A stretch of DNA of 45,963 nt from Candidatus Micrarchaeota archaeon (lineage in GTDB: Archaea > Micrarchaeota > Micrarchaeia > Anstonellales > Anstonellaceae): positions 1 to 45,963 of the forward strand of contig CAYWFJ010000001.1 of the NCBI GenBank assembly GCA_964458205.1, read 5' to 3'. The notes under the pieces are model-generated. The model saw only the letters and a program-made list of their open reading frames with translations. It did not search any database and was not told where the DNA came from. The position numbers were made by a program, and so were the translations under genes. How positions within the stretch are numbered: the first letter of the stretch is position 1; the number at the start of each line of letters is the position of its first letter. This document shows positions 8,613 to 16,675 of this stretch, one piece after another.

Positions 8613-10235
8613 ATGGCGCGGCTTGATGGCAAACTGCCGTTCTTCTCGCCTAAAAAGCGTGCGCCCCAAAGCGCAGCAAGGCAGGGCGCCGCAAAGGAGG
8701 CGGCGTCCCTTTTCATTGCGAATCCCTCCGCGCAGCTTGAGCGCATAAAGAACGCAATGTGCCGCAAGCACGGCATAACCTATCTCAAGAACTCCGAAAT
8801 ACTCCAATTCGTCCCTCCAACAGATGGGCGCGCCCGCCGCATCCTCCTCAAATCCCCGACGCGCACCCTGTCAGGGGTATCCCCAATCGCGCTCATGCCG
8901 CCGCCCTACCCGTGCGTGGGGCGGTGCGCCTACTGCCCCAAGGGGGTGAACGCCCCGCAGTCCTACACCGGCTTCGAGCCGACCACCATGCGCGCGATAC
9001 AGTGCGGCTATTCCGCGGAAAAGCAGGTCGGGGCGCGCCTGGGCCAGTATTCCCAGCAGGGGCACGGGACCGACAAATGCCACCTCATATTCATGGGCGG
9101 CACCTTCCTTGCCGCGCCAGCCGCTTCCCGCCGCAAATTCGTGAAGGAGGCATTTGACGCGCTCAACGGCTCTGTTTCGCGCACCCTTGCGGAATCGATA
9201 AGCGCGAACGAGACTGCAAGGCACCGCGCAATCGGGGCGACTTTTGAAACCCGCCCGGACTTCGCAGGCGCGCGCGAAGCGGACGAAATGCTCTCACTCG
9301 GGGGGACGCAGGCCGAGCTTGGCGTGCAGTCCCTCTCGGACCAAGTCTACCGAAAAGTCAACCGCGGTCACACGCTTCTTCATGTTGAGCGCGCAACGCG
9401 CATCCTCAAGGACTCGGGCTTCAAGGTCTGCTACCACATGATGCCCGGGCTTTACTCGGGCCCGCGCCAGGATGCAGAGTACTTCCGGCGGCTTTTTTCC
9501 ACCTCGCGCTTCCAGCCGGACATGGTCAAGATTTACCCGGTCCTCGTCCTTCCTGGCACCAGGCTTTACGATGAATGGAAAGCCGGGCGGTTCTCCCCCT
9601 ATGGCACCGAGGAGGCGGCAAAGGCAATCGCCGCTGCTATCAGGCACGTCCCGCCCTATGTCCGAATCCCCCGGATACAGCGGGACATCCCATCCCCCCT
9701 TGTCCTGGCAGGGGTGAAAAGCTCCAACCTGCGCCAAATGGTGGAAGGGCGGCTGCGCGAAGAGGGCGCGGCATGCCGCTGCATACGCTGCCGCGAGGCG
9801 GGAAGCGCAGCCCGCCAGGGCCGAGAATCAAAACAGCTTTCGCTTTCCCTCCTGCGCCAGGACTATTTTGCCTCCGGAGGCAGGGAAACATTCCTTTCAT
9901 TCGAGGATGAGAAGCAGGATATCATTGCGGGCTTCTTGCGCCTGCGAATGCCGGGCAAAAGCCACCGCGCCGAAATCTCGGACGGAACCGGCATCCTCTC
10001 GTCTCTTGTGCGCGAGCTCCATGTTTACGGGCAGGAGGCGTCCATCGGCGAGAAAAGCGAGGGCAAATTCCAGCACAAGGGGCTGGGGCAACGGCTTCTT
10101 CGCGAGGCGGAGCGCATAACGAAAAAAGAATTCGGCATCGGGAAAATCTCCGTCCTCTCAGGCGCAGGCGCTCGCGGCTATTACCGCAAGCTTGGCTACT
10201 CGCTTTGCGGGCCTTACATGCAGAAGAGGGTCTGA
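8613..10235 (+). CDS. elp3: tRNA uridine(34) modification radical SAM/GNAT enzyme Elp3
   Basis: Radical SAM cluster motif CVGRCAYCPKG and C-terminal GNAT motif HKGLGQRLLREAE. Start uncertain: TTG 8571, GTG 8577 or ATG 8613. Confidence 0.85.
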   Translation: MARLDGKLPFFSPKKRAPQSAARQGAAKEAASLFIANPSAQLERIKNAMCRKHGITYLKNSEILQFVPPTDGRARRILLKSPTRTLSGVSPIALMPPPYPCVGRCAYCPKGVNAPQSYTGFEPTTMRAIQCGYSAEKQVGARLGQYSQQGHGTDKCHLIFMGGTFLAAPAASRRKFVKEAFDALNGSVSRTLAESISANETARHRAIGATFETRPDFAGAREADEMLSLGGTQAELGVQSLSDQVYRKVNRGHTLLHVERATRILKDSGFKVCYHMMPGLYSGPRQDAEYFRRLFSTSRFQPDMVKIYPVLVLPGTRLYDEWKAGRFSPYGTEEAAKAIAAAIRHVPPYVRIPRIQRDIPSPLVLAGVKSSNLRQMVEGRLREEGAACRCIRCREAGSAARQGRESKQLSLSLLRQDYFASGGRETFLSFEDEKQDIIAGFLRLRMPGKSHRAEISDGTGILSSLVRELHVYGQEASIGEKSEGKFQHKGLGQRLLREAERITKKEFGIGKISVLSGAGARGYYRKLGYSLCGPYMQKRV

Positions 10236-10256
10236 GCCTCCCGGTTGCAAGCCAAT

Positions 10257-11186
10257 CTATCCAATTATCCTTTCCACTCTCGCACTGCCAATCGCCCTTG
10301 GCATGGCTTCGGGCAAGAAGAGCGGCAATTCCTCGCCAATCCTGAGCGGCAACGGTGCAGACAGCTCAATGTCGCATAGCTCCCCGTTTTTCTTCCCCTT
10401 GCAGGCGACAAACTTCAAGCCCCACAACACGAAGAACTGGGCGCTTTCGAGGTTTCCCCTGTAGAATTTCGTGGAATCCGCCTTCGCGGATATTTTCGTG
10501 CATGAAGGGAATTTCTCCTCGCATGCCAAATCCCCCTTGCCCACGATGTCAGGCACGATTCCCTTGAGGCACAGCCCCACCCGCGAGCCGGCTTCCGCCT
10601 CATCCGTGTTTTCATCCTGCACCTGTATCGACTTTATCTCCGCGGAATCGCCTGACGGCAGGAAGGCAAGCTGCTGGTGCACCTTCACAGCGCCCTGCTG
10701 CACGATGCCGAGCGCCACCGTGCCAACCCCTTTCACCGGAAAGCACGAATCTATCACCACTTCAGTTTTCCCCTCGGCTTTCCTGGTGCTTGGGATGAGC
10801 AGGAGCCTTTCGCGAAGCGCATTTGCGTCCCCCTCGAAAAATTCATACGATTGGACGCCTGCCGCCTTGATGAGGGGCTCGATGTCGGATTGCCCGACCT
10901 TGTCCGCAATCACCAGCAGGCGCTTTTTGAACACCGCGCACGCGACAATCATTTCCCCCGCGAATTTGTCTATTGCCTGCGGGCGAAGGTAGGCGGCATC
11001 GCAAAGCGAGAGCGCGTAAAGGAGCGGCTGTATTTTCTCAGGGTATTTGCTCGGATGATAAATGCAAAGGACGCTTTCCCCCTCTTTGCAGTTGTATATG
11101 GCGAAATCGCTCTCGCTTCCCTTCTTGCCGATTTTCCTTGCGAATTCCGCGTCCGCCTCAAGCGCCGCGATATGTATGTGCTTCAT
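10257..11186 (-). CDS. EF-Tu domain-2-containing translation-GTPase-like protein with degenerate G domain
   Basis: Beta-barrel domain-2-like segment (FPVKGVGTVALGIVQQGAVKV...AEAGSRVGLCLKGI). No GxxxxGK(S/T) P-loop in the N-terminal domain. Start at ATG 11186 (MKHIHIAAL). Confidence 0.55.
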   Translation of the reverse strand: MKHIHIAALEADAEFARKIGKKGSESDFAIYNCKEGESVLCIYHPSKYPEKIQPLLYALSLCDAAYLRPQAIDKFAGEMIVACAVFKKRLLVIADKVGQSDIEPLIKAAGVQSYEFFEGDANALRERLLLIPSTRKAEGKTEVVIDSCFPVKGVGTVALGIVQQGAVKVHQQLAFLPSGDSAEIKSIQVQDENTDEAEAGSRVGLCLKGIVPDIVGKGDLACEEKFPSCTKISAKADSTKFYRGNLESAQFFVLWGLKFVACKGKKNGELCDIELSAPLPLRIGEELPLFLPEAMPRAIGSARVERIIG

Positions 11187-11244
11187 GGCAACCACCAGTC
11201 CTCTATGGGTAAAACAATTAAAACGGTGCAGTGCGCACTTCCAT

Positions 11245-11517
11245 ATGGTTCCCATGGATGATTTGACCCTCTGGATTGGCGCATTCGGGGTTTTCATCCT
11301 CCTTGCTGCGTTCTTCCTCAATACATTCGGGCGCCTTAGGGCAAACAGCATTACATATGCAACTGCGAACCTTATCGGGGCTGCACTGAACTGCTGGGCG
11401 TCCTATCAGATAGACTACGCCCCATTCGTCATTCTCGAGGCGGTTTGGGCGCTTGTCGCGCTTGTTGCCCTTGCGGGAATCTTTGCCTCAAAAGAGGAAT
11501 ACCGATTGCTTTATTAA
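11245..11517 (+). CDS. small (90-aa) three-helix membrane protein
   Basis: Start at ATG 11245. Hydrophobic segments LWIGAFGVFILLAAFFL, LIGAALNCWASY and FVILEAVWALVALVALAGIF. Confidence 0.5.
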   Translation: MVPMDDLTLWIGAFGVFILLAAFFLNTFGRLRANSITYATANLIGAALNCWASYQIDYAPFVILEAVWALVALVALAGIFASKEEYRLLY

Positions 11518-11538
11518 TGTGTCTATTAATAAAATATC

Positions 11539-12378
11539 ATGGCAAACTTTAAGGGAGCATTACAGTCATCCATACCTATGATTCCTCGTGCTGAGCGCTT
11601 GCGGATGAGCCAGGCGGTTCGCCGCTACAAGGAAGTCAGTAGCGCCATAATCAAATTTGACCAGGTTTTCGATTCATGGGATGCGCAAGTAAAGAGCAAT
11701 TATAGGCGGGCCATGGCTGCCGGCACCATGGATGCCCGGAACGAATTCTGCAATTTTTTTCTGGCTAGCGAAAAAGAGGTGAAGGACCATGCATTTAAGG
11801 TTGCGCATGACCTTCAACCCGGCTTGGAGGAAAAGGAGATGCTGCTTAAAGGGCTCCAGGTATCTGCGCCCGGCAAGGTATCGAGGACCATATTTTCAGG
11901 CATACTGGACGATCTCTCAAGCATACTTGGCAAGTTTAAAAAGAGGCTAGATTTTGTGGAGGCCGCAATCGGGGCTTCATCATTATTGGCTGTTTATGCT
12001 GCCGCATCCGGTCTTTGGCCATTGGCCACAGCAGGGGCAATTGTTGCGGGGTGTTTGGGCTATTGCTGCTTCAAGTTGGCGGATGCAAGAAATAGGATTG
12101 AAAAATACCTGGCAGAGCACACAGGCAATTCCAAATCGTTTGACAAAACAATAGGGCTGATTAAAAAAGCGATGACAACGAAACCTGGCGGGCTGTTCGC
12201 CTATGTTTCCACAATGAACCAGGAAGCGCTCAGGGACTACTTATTCGAAGGAACAGGCATTACAGTTCCGCTTGCAAGGGAATATGCATCTTCAAACGGT
12301 GGTCTGGACGAAATTCACGACACTACCCGTATTATAGAATTCAAGCCTTTGAAAAAAAGCGGAACAGAATCCGATTAG
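11539..12378 (+). CDS. hypothetical protein with central TM hairpin, compositionally AT-richer than neighbours
   Basis: 279-aa ORF preceded by the AT-rich TTATTAATGTGTCTATTAATAAAAT. Central AAIGASSLLAVYAAASGLWPLATAGAIVAGCLGYCCF. No recognisable family. Confidence 0.6.
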   Translation: MANFKGALQSSIPMIPRAERLRMSQAVRRYKEVSSAIIKFDQVFDSWDAQVKSNYRRAMAAGTMDARNEFCNFFLASEKEVKDHAFKVAHDLQPGLEEKEMLLKGLQVSAPGKVSRTIFSGILDDLSSILGKFKKRLDFVEAAIGASSLLAVYAAASGLWPLATAGAIVAGCLGYCCFKLADARNRIEKYLAEHTGNSKSFDKTIGLIKKAMTTKPGGLFAYVSTMNQEALRDYLFEGTGITVPLAREYASSNGGLDEIHDTTRIIEFKPLKKSGTESD

Positions 12379-12475
12379 AATGCAGCGCCACTATCGCATT
12401 ATCCGGCTCACACCAAACGCCCCCGCTTCAGCGGCACCTCGTGCCGGTTATGGGGGATTGGGGGCAAGAATAAAA

Positions 12476-12649
12476 TGCGACCGCCGGGATTTTCAGCCCC
12501 CATTTCTTTTGGGGTCGAAAGACCTTTTCTTCCGGGAAGAAAAGGGATTTCATTTGAACCCGGCTCGCGAGATTTAGGCGGCCAATTCCGCATAAATCGC
12601 CAATCAGCCTTGGCAATCTCGAATCCTAACCAGGCTAGACTACGGTCGC
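12476..12649 (-). tRNA. tRNA-Gly(GCC) with two introns (37 nt at 37/38, plus-strand 12574-12610; 63 nt in the T-loop, about 12489-12551)
   Basis: Hand-folded from the minus strand: GCGACCG TA GTCT AGCCTGGTTA GGAT T CGAGA TTGCCA[37 nt]A TCTCG CGAG CCGGG TTCAAAT[63 nt] CCCGG CGGTCGC A. All four stems pair, giving a 74-nt mature length. The T-loop junction is ambiguous by 1-4 nt because AAAT occurs on both sides. Confidence 0.8.
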
Positions 12650-13689
12650 AGCAAAGCCTCATTTGATGGGTTTTGTTTTAAAACGCTTGCGCTTGCCGCC
12701 ATGAAATAGGCGCAGGAGAAGGCGTCCCCAAGCCCCACGGTCCATTTGGGCGATTCGAGGAATCTTGCTTCATAGCCTTCAAGCTCAGGCAGCGTTGCGC
12801 ACCTGCCGTTTTCAGCCTTGAACGAGGCGCACTTTTCCGCGAACGCCATCGCCTCCTTGTCAAGTTTCCCCGCTGGCAGCACCTCCTGCCTTTCAGGCAT
12901 GTGGAACAGGACCGCATTCGCCTCCTGCGCCAGTTCCGATAAGTCGCAGCCGAACGAGGAAAGCTCGGTGTCATTCAGCCCGACCATGTCAACTGCAGGG
13001 AACAGCCTTTCCCGCACCGCATCCCGCACAGCCTCGGACTGGAATTCGCCAAGCTCCGCAAAAACGCAAAGGCCCGGGTTTATCTTTTTCCAGCGGAGGA
13101 TTTCATCAGTGAATTTGGCGAGCCTGTCCGGGGTTTTGAGGAGATGGAATCCGCCCACGAACGCCTTGCTGGCTGAGGGCAGGGCGGAATCGGCCGCCCT
13201 CTGGAAATCCTCCTCAAGATGCATGGGCAGCGGGTCATATGAGGCGATGAAGCGGGTGCGGCTTTCCTTGTGCTCGAACACGAAATGGTGCGCGCTTGGC
13301 GCCTGCGATGAAAACCCGCCAGCCGGAACAAAGCCGTCCTTTCCCGCAAGCAGTATTTTCTCCCTCTTCGAAAAGCGGGACAGGAGCTCGGAGTTGGCGA
13401 AATTGCTGTGGAGGAAGCATTCAACCCCAAGCGCGGACGCCTGCTCTGCCGCATTCCCTGCCTGCCCCCCGACAATCGAGCAATCGAACCTGATTTTGGA
13501 AAGGAGGGCGGCGCAGGTTTTCGCGTCGATGAGCGTTTCCTTCTGCCTGCCCTCGGCAAACGAGCCTGACATCTGCGAGGCGAGGGAAAACGATGCGGCG
13601 TCAATAAGCCCCATGTCCCCATCGCCTACGGCCTTGAGGTGGTCTATGTTCGCGTTGAAGGCGAAAACCGCGCGTTTCGGGAGTTCCAT
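12640..13689 (-). CDS. ADP-dependent sugar kinase family protein (glucokinase/phosphofructokinase-like), short 349-aa form
   Basis: AFNANIDHL, GGQAGNAAE, VGLNDTEL (NxxE) and C-terminal TVGLGDAFS motifs typical of the ADP-PFK/GK family. The last 10 nt overlap the tRNA-Gly(GCC) gene. Confidence 0.72.
   Translation of the reverse strand: MELPKRAVFAFNANIDHLKAVGDGDMGLIDAASFSLASQMSGSFAEGRQKETLIDAKTCAALLSKIRFDCSIVGGQAGNAAEQASALGVECFLHSNFANSELLSRFSKREKILLAGKDGFVPAGGFSSQAPSAHHFVFEHKESRTRFIASYDPLPMHLEEDFQRAADSALPSASKAFVGGFHLLKTPDRLAKFTDEILRWKKINPGLCVFAELGEFQSEAVRDAVRERLFPAVDMVGLNDTELSSFGCDLSELAQEANAVLFHMPERQEVLPAGKLDKEAMAFAEKCASFKAENGRCATLPELEGYEARFLESPKWTVGLGDAFSCAYFMAASASVLKQNPSNEALLRP
12676..12683 (-). 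promoter_or_regulatory. TATA-like TTTTAAAA about 27 nt upstream of the tRNA-Gly(GCC) 5' end, inside the 3' end of the kinase CDS
   Basis: Read directly. The spacing matches archaeal TATA-to-TSS distance. Confidence 0.4.
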
Positions 13690-13707
13690 GGGCTGCTAAC
13701 GAATCGC

Positions 13708-13718
13708 TTATTAAAAAT
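13708..13718. promoter_or_regulatory. shared, near-symmetric TATA element TTATTAAAAAT
   Basis: It lies 19 nt upstream of the kinase ATG (13689, minus strand) and 23 nt upstream of the minihelix/tRNA transcript start candidate (13741, plus strand). Confidence 0.45.
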
Positions 13719-13740
13719 GATGCATGGAAAATGGTATCAT

Positions 13741-13777
13741 GCGGCTGTTGAGTCGGGTGCGCCGACTGCCAGCCGCA
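13741..13777 (+). other. tRNA-acceptor-stem minihelix (tRNA-Gly(CCC)-derived) forming the predicted 5' leader of the tRNA
   Basis: GCGGCTG ttg AGTCGG gtgcg CCGACT gc CAGCCGC A. The 5' 8 nt and 3' 8 nt are identical to those of the tRNA that starts 5 nt downstream, and the 5' flank ATGCGGCTGT is also duplicated. Confidence 0.45.
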
Positions 13778-13782
13778 ATTAT

Positions 13783-13855
13783 GCGGCTGTAGTCCAGCCT
13801 GGTAGGATCTGAGCTTCCCAAGCTCGAGACCCGGGTTCAAATCCCGGCAGCCGCA
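13783..13855 (+). tRNA. tRNA-Gly(CCC), intron-less
   Basis: GCGGCTG TA GTCC AGCCTGGTA GGAT C TGAGC TTCCCAA GCTCG AGAC CCGGG TTCAAAT CCCGG CAGCCGC A. Canonical cloverleaf, 73 nt, no encoded CCA. Confidence 0.92.
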
Positions 13856-13951
13856 TCCCATTCATAATCTGGGCATATGTCCGCCGCTGGCATCATCATT
13901 TCCCCCGAAGTTTCGCAACAGTTTATAATGTTCAGTCCTCAATCGTTAAGC

Positions 13952-14569
13952 ATGGGCAGGCTTGGCTTCATATTCTCCCTGGACGCATTCATCGCATTCA
14001 CCCTTATCATGGTCACGATAGGCTTCCTGGTATTCACAATCGGCACGCCCAAGCCGTTCTATTCATCCCTTGAGCAGGCGCACCAGCTTGCATACGACAC
14101 CCTCAACGTCCTTTCCACTTCCTCTGATGCCCAGGGAAACCCGACTTATCTTGAGCAGATTCTCAGCGGCGGGGATGAAGGCACGATAATGAAGAAGGTG
14201 GCTGGCGGCGACTCAGTGAATTACCCGAACGCGATAATCCCGCAGGGCTATGGCTACCGGCTTGAGTCATACAACTTCAACACAGGCTCCTGGTCGCCTT
14301 TTTACGATGCGGGAACCCATGCATCAAACGACCGCTTTGGCAAGCGCTTTACCAAGGTCCAGGCTTCGGCAACAACATTCGCCTCGCTCTATTCCACAAG
14401 CCCGCGAAACCCGGGCCAATCCCCTTACTGCTATCTTTCCTGTTTCGGCTACCAGTCGCCTGGGAATTACCAGTCGCCCTGCAATGCAACCCCTTGCGAC
14501 ATGCCGATTTCAAATTTCCTCCCGGGCAACAGCTCGATAAGCCTCATAAGGTTGGTCGTTTATGCATGA
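13952..14569 (+). CDS. prepilin-like protein 1 (class III signal peptide)
   Basis: MGRLG/FIFSLDAFIAFTLIMVTIGFLVF. ATG 13952 lies about 24-30 nt after TTTATAA (13922-13928). The track ORF starts at 13877. Confidence 0.65.
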   Translation: MGRLGFIFSLDAFIAFTLIMVTIGFLVFTIGTPKPFYSSLEQAHQLAYDTLNVLSTSSDAQGNPTYLEQILSGGDEGTIMKKVAGGDSVNYPNAIIPQGYGYRLESYNFNTGSWSPFYDAGTHASNDRFGKRFTKVQASATTFASLYSTSPRNPGQSPYCYLSCFGYQSPGNYQSPCNATPCDMPISNFLPGNSSISLIRLVVYA

Positions 14570-16226
14570 TTCCAAAACGCCATCATCGGGACGCAGGCGC
14601 GGCTTCTTCTTCACAGTGATGGCGCTTGCCATCCTTTCATTCATGCTGCTTACCGTCCAGCTATGGGTGAGGGTATTCGAGCAGTCGGACATCCGGGCAG
14701 CCGAGCGCTTCAAGGGCGAGGCAATGCGGCAGGTGCTCGCCACCCTCTCGGACAAGGCGCTTTCGGATTTTGCGAACGCATCGTCGTTTTATGCCACATA
14801 CAAGCTGGCAAACTACACTTCTTCAAACGGAGGGCTTGCGAGAAGCACCGCATTGGATGCCCAAAATCCAGAAACCGGGCGGGTGGAGGAGAACATACGC
14901 CTCCTAATGCTCAACGGAACATCGCAATCGGATATGCTGCCTCCAATAGGCTATTCCGAATCCGAGAAGGCATCATACACGCTTGAATCCTGGCAGGGGA
15001 AAATACAGCAGGCGGCGAACCTGATGGGCTTCAACACCAGCTTCTCGCCGCCGCAGAACTTCAAGGTCAAGCAGATTGACCCTTGGGCAGTCGGGATTTA
15101 TTTCGAGACCGAAATGAACATTTCAGACCTGGAAGGAACAATGCGCCAGTCAAAGAGGCTCAAGGCAAACTCAAGCTTTTCAATAAACGGATTTGTCGAC
15201 CCGTCTATAATCCGGGGGTATCTGTCATACCATCCTCTTTCCACCCTTGCAGGGGTGCCGCAGAAGCAGATTTTCAGGCATGCGGCGTACGATGAAGCCT
15301 CTGACCTCGCCCCGATAAAATACGACGGCACAAGCCGCAGCGGGGGCAACGGCTGGTTTTTCGGCCCGATAACCGAAGATTACCCTGAGGACATGAATGA
15401 GAGCGAAATAGGCAGGCTTTCGCAGTTCGTGCTGGTGCACCCATACGATGTGAAAATGCCCACCTATGCCAATTATTACGGGGCGGTCATAGTGACCAGC
15501 ACCCCCCGCTCGGTGGGGGACGTTTATTCCGAAGGCTCCTGCACCTACAACCGGACGCAGCAGGCGGACTGCATCAATTGCCTTGTGGAATATTCATCGA
15601 CAATGCCGGGATGCAGCAAGCGCCACGAGTTCACAAATACCATAGACCGGCCGATGCTGCTCGGAGGCAACGGGATAAGCAGCATTCCAACCGTGAGCCG
15701 CGCGGACGAAGACGGCTACAAATACGTCCTTATCGACAACGAGCACGGCAGCCTGGAAGACGTTGAGCTGACCGATTACCACCGCGTCTGGGACGTCACG
15801 AAAATCCGGGACATGGCAATCTGCGGATTCTACGTGCACGAGCCTACGGCGCCGTCTTTCTTCCAAAGGATGCTTGCAGCCCCGTTCTCGACTCCAGGCA
15901 TCAACAGCTCGGCATACGGGATAGAATCCTTCGTGGTGGGCAAGTGGGCCGGCGGGGCGGACGATTACCTGGGTGCAAATGCGCCGCACGCGCTCTACTC
16001 CCGCCTCGACTCTGAATTTTTTACAGGGGTCTCTGGCAACACCTTCAGGGTAAAGGGCATGATGGGCTGCAAGAGCAAGGAGATGTGTGCATGGACGGCG
16101 GGCGGCAACAATGCGACAAAAGAGGGCGTCGGTGTGTTCCGCCTGGCCCAGGATGCGGTTAGCCGCTACGGGCTCTCTGAAATAGCATGCGGGTTTCCTG
16201 GCCAGCAATCCGCCCAGTGTGAATAA
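14562..16226 (+). CDS. large (554-aa) prepilin-like protein 2
   Basis: N-terminus ...SSGRRRG/FFFTVMALAILSFMLLTV. Its start overlaps the upstream stop (ATGCATGA). The globular part is not recognisable. Confidence 0.7.
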   Translation: MHDSKTPSSGRRRGFFFTVMALAILSFMLLTVQLWVRVFEQSDIRAAERFKGEAMRQVLATLSDKALSDFANASSFYATYKLANYTSSNGGLARSTALDAQNPETGRVEENIRLLMLNGTSQSDMLPPIGYSESEKASYTLESWQGKIQQAANLMGFNTSFSPPQNFKVKQIDPWAVGIYFETEMNISDLEGTMRQSKRLKANSSFSINGFVDPSIIRGYLSYHPLSTLAGVPQKQIFRHAAYDEASDLAPIKYDGTSRSGGNGWFFGPITEDYPEDMNESEIGRLSQFVLVHPYDVKMPTYANYYGAVIVTSTPRSVGDVYSEGSCTYNRTQQADCINCLVEYSSTMPGCSKRHEFTNTIDRPMLLGGNGISSIPTVSRADEDGYKYVLIDNEHGSLEDVELTDYHRVWDVTKIRDMAICGFYVHEPTAPSFFQRMLAAPFSTPGINSSAYGIESFVVGKWAGGADDYLGANAPHALYSRLDSEFFTGVSGNTFRVKGMMGCKSKEMCAWTAGGNNATKEGVGVFRLAQDAVSRYGLSEIACGFPGQQSAQCE

Positions 16227-16228
16227 GC

Positions 16229-16675
16229 GTGGTGCCTATGGACAGCAAAAACAACCGCAAACGTGCGCAGGCAGGCGCGGAAATGCTTATTCTCGTGGGC
16301 TTTGCCCTTGTGTTCATAATCCCCCTTGCGCTTCTCCTGCTTTCGCTTTCAGGCACCGAGCTTGGCAAGACCGCAGTTTCGCAGGCGAAAATCAGCGCGC
16401 GCTCTATTGCAAACGAGGCGGGCGAAGTTTACCTCCAAGGCCCGGGCGCAAGAAAATCCATAGTGGTCAACTACCCTGAAGGGATAAGGGACGCGAAGCT
16501 TGAGGGGGGCCTGGTGGTGCTGTCCATGGAATCGGACGGCAGGCTCCAGGACATCGTCAGCGCAACATTCGCAAACATTTCCGGGAACCTCTCGGGCAAA
16601 AGGGCGTCCGGCCTTCAGAGGATAAGCATGGAGTATGTCTACCCTGGCGATTATGTGAATGTCACATACGGGTGA
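16229..16675 (+). CDS. prepilin-like protein 3
   Basis: ...NRKRAQAG/AEMLILVGFALVFIIPLALLLL. GTG 16229 or ATG 16238, 2-11 nt after the upstream stop. Confidence 0.7.
   Translation: MVPMDSKNNRKRAQAGAEMLILVGFALVFIIPLALLLLSLSGTELGKTAVSQAKISARSIANEAGEVYLQGPGARKSIVVNYPEGIRDAKLEGGLVVLSMESDGRLQDIVSATFANISGNLSGKRASGLQRISMEYVYPGDYVNVTYG

Noticed and set aside
12489-12551. Idea that the T-loop introns (also 32471-32550) encode C/D-box guide RNAs, as in some archaeal tRNA-Trp introns
   Set aside because: Only partial matches are present (ATGAAAT, CTGATGG, and CTGA near the 3' end). There is no complete C/D plus C'/D' set, so this cannot be supported without covariance-model scanning.
12380-12666. Several 60-85-aa ORFs on both strands (12380-12577, 12408-12662, 12428-12616, 12475-12666)
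   Set aside because: They lie across the intron-containing tRNA-Gly(GCC) locus, and the tRNA model explains the sequence.
11245-13855. Integrated mobile element at the tRNA-Gly genes
   Set aside because: There is no integrase, no att-like long direct repeat of a tRNA 3' half, and no other mobile-element genes. Only a compositional oddity and the minihelix remain, and both are reported separately at low to moderate interest.
13601-13861. 86-aa minus-strand ORF
   Set aside because: It runs antisense through tRNA-Gly(CCC), the minihelix and the shared promoter.
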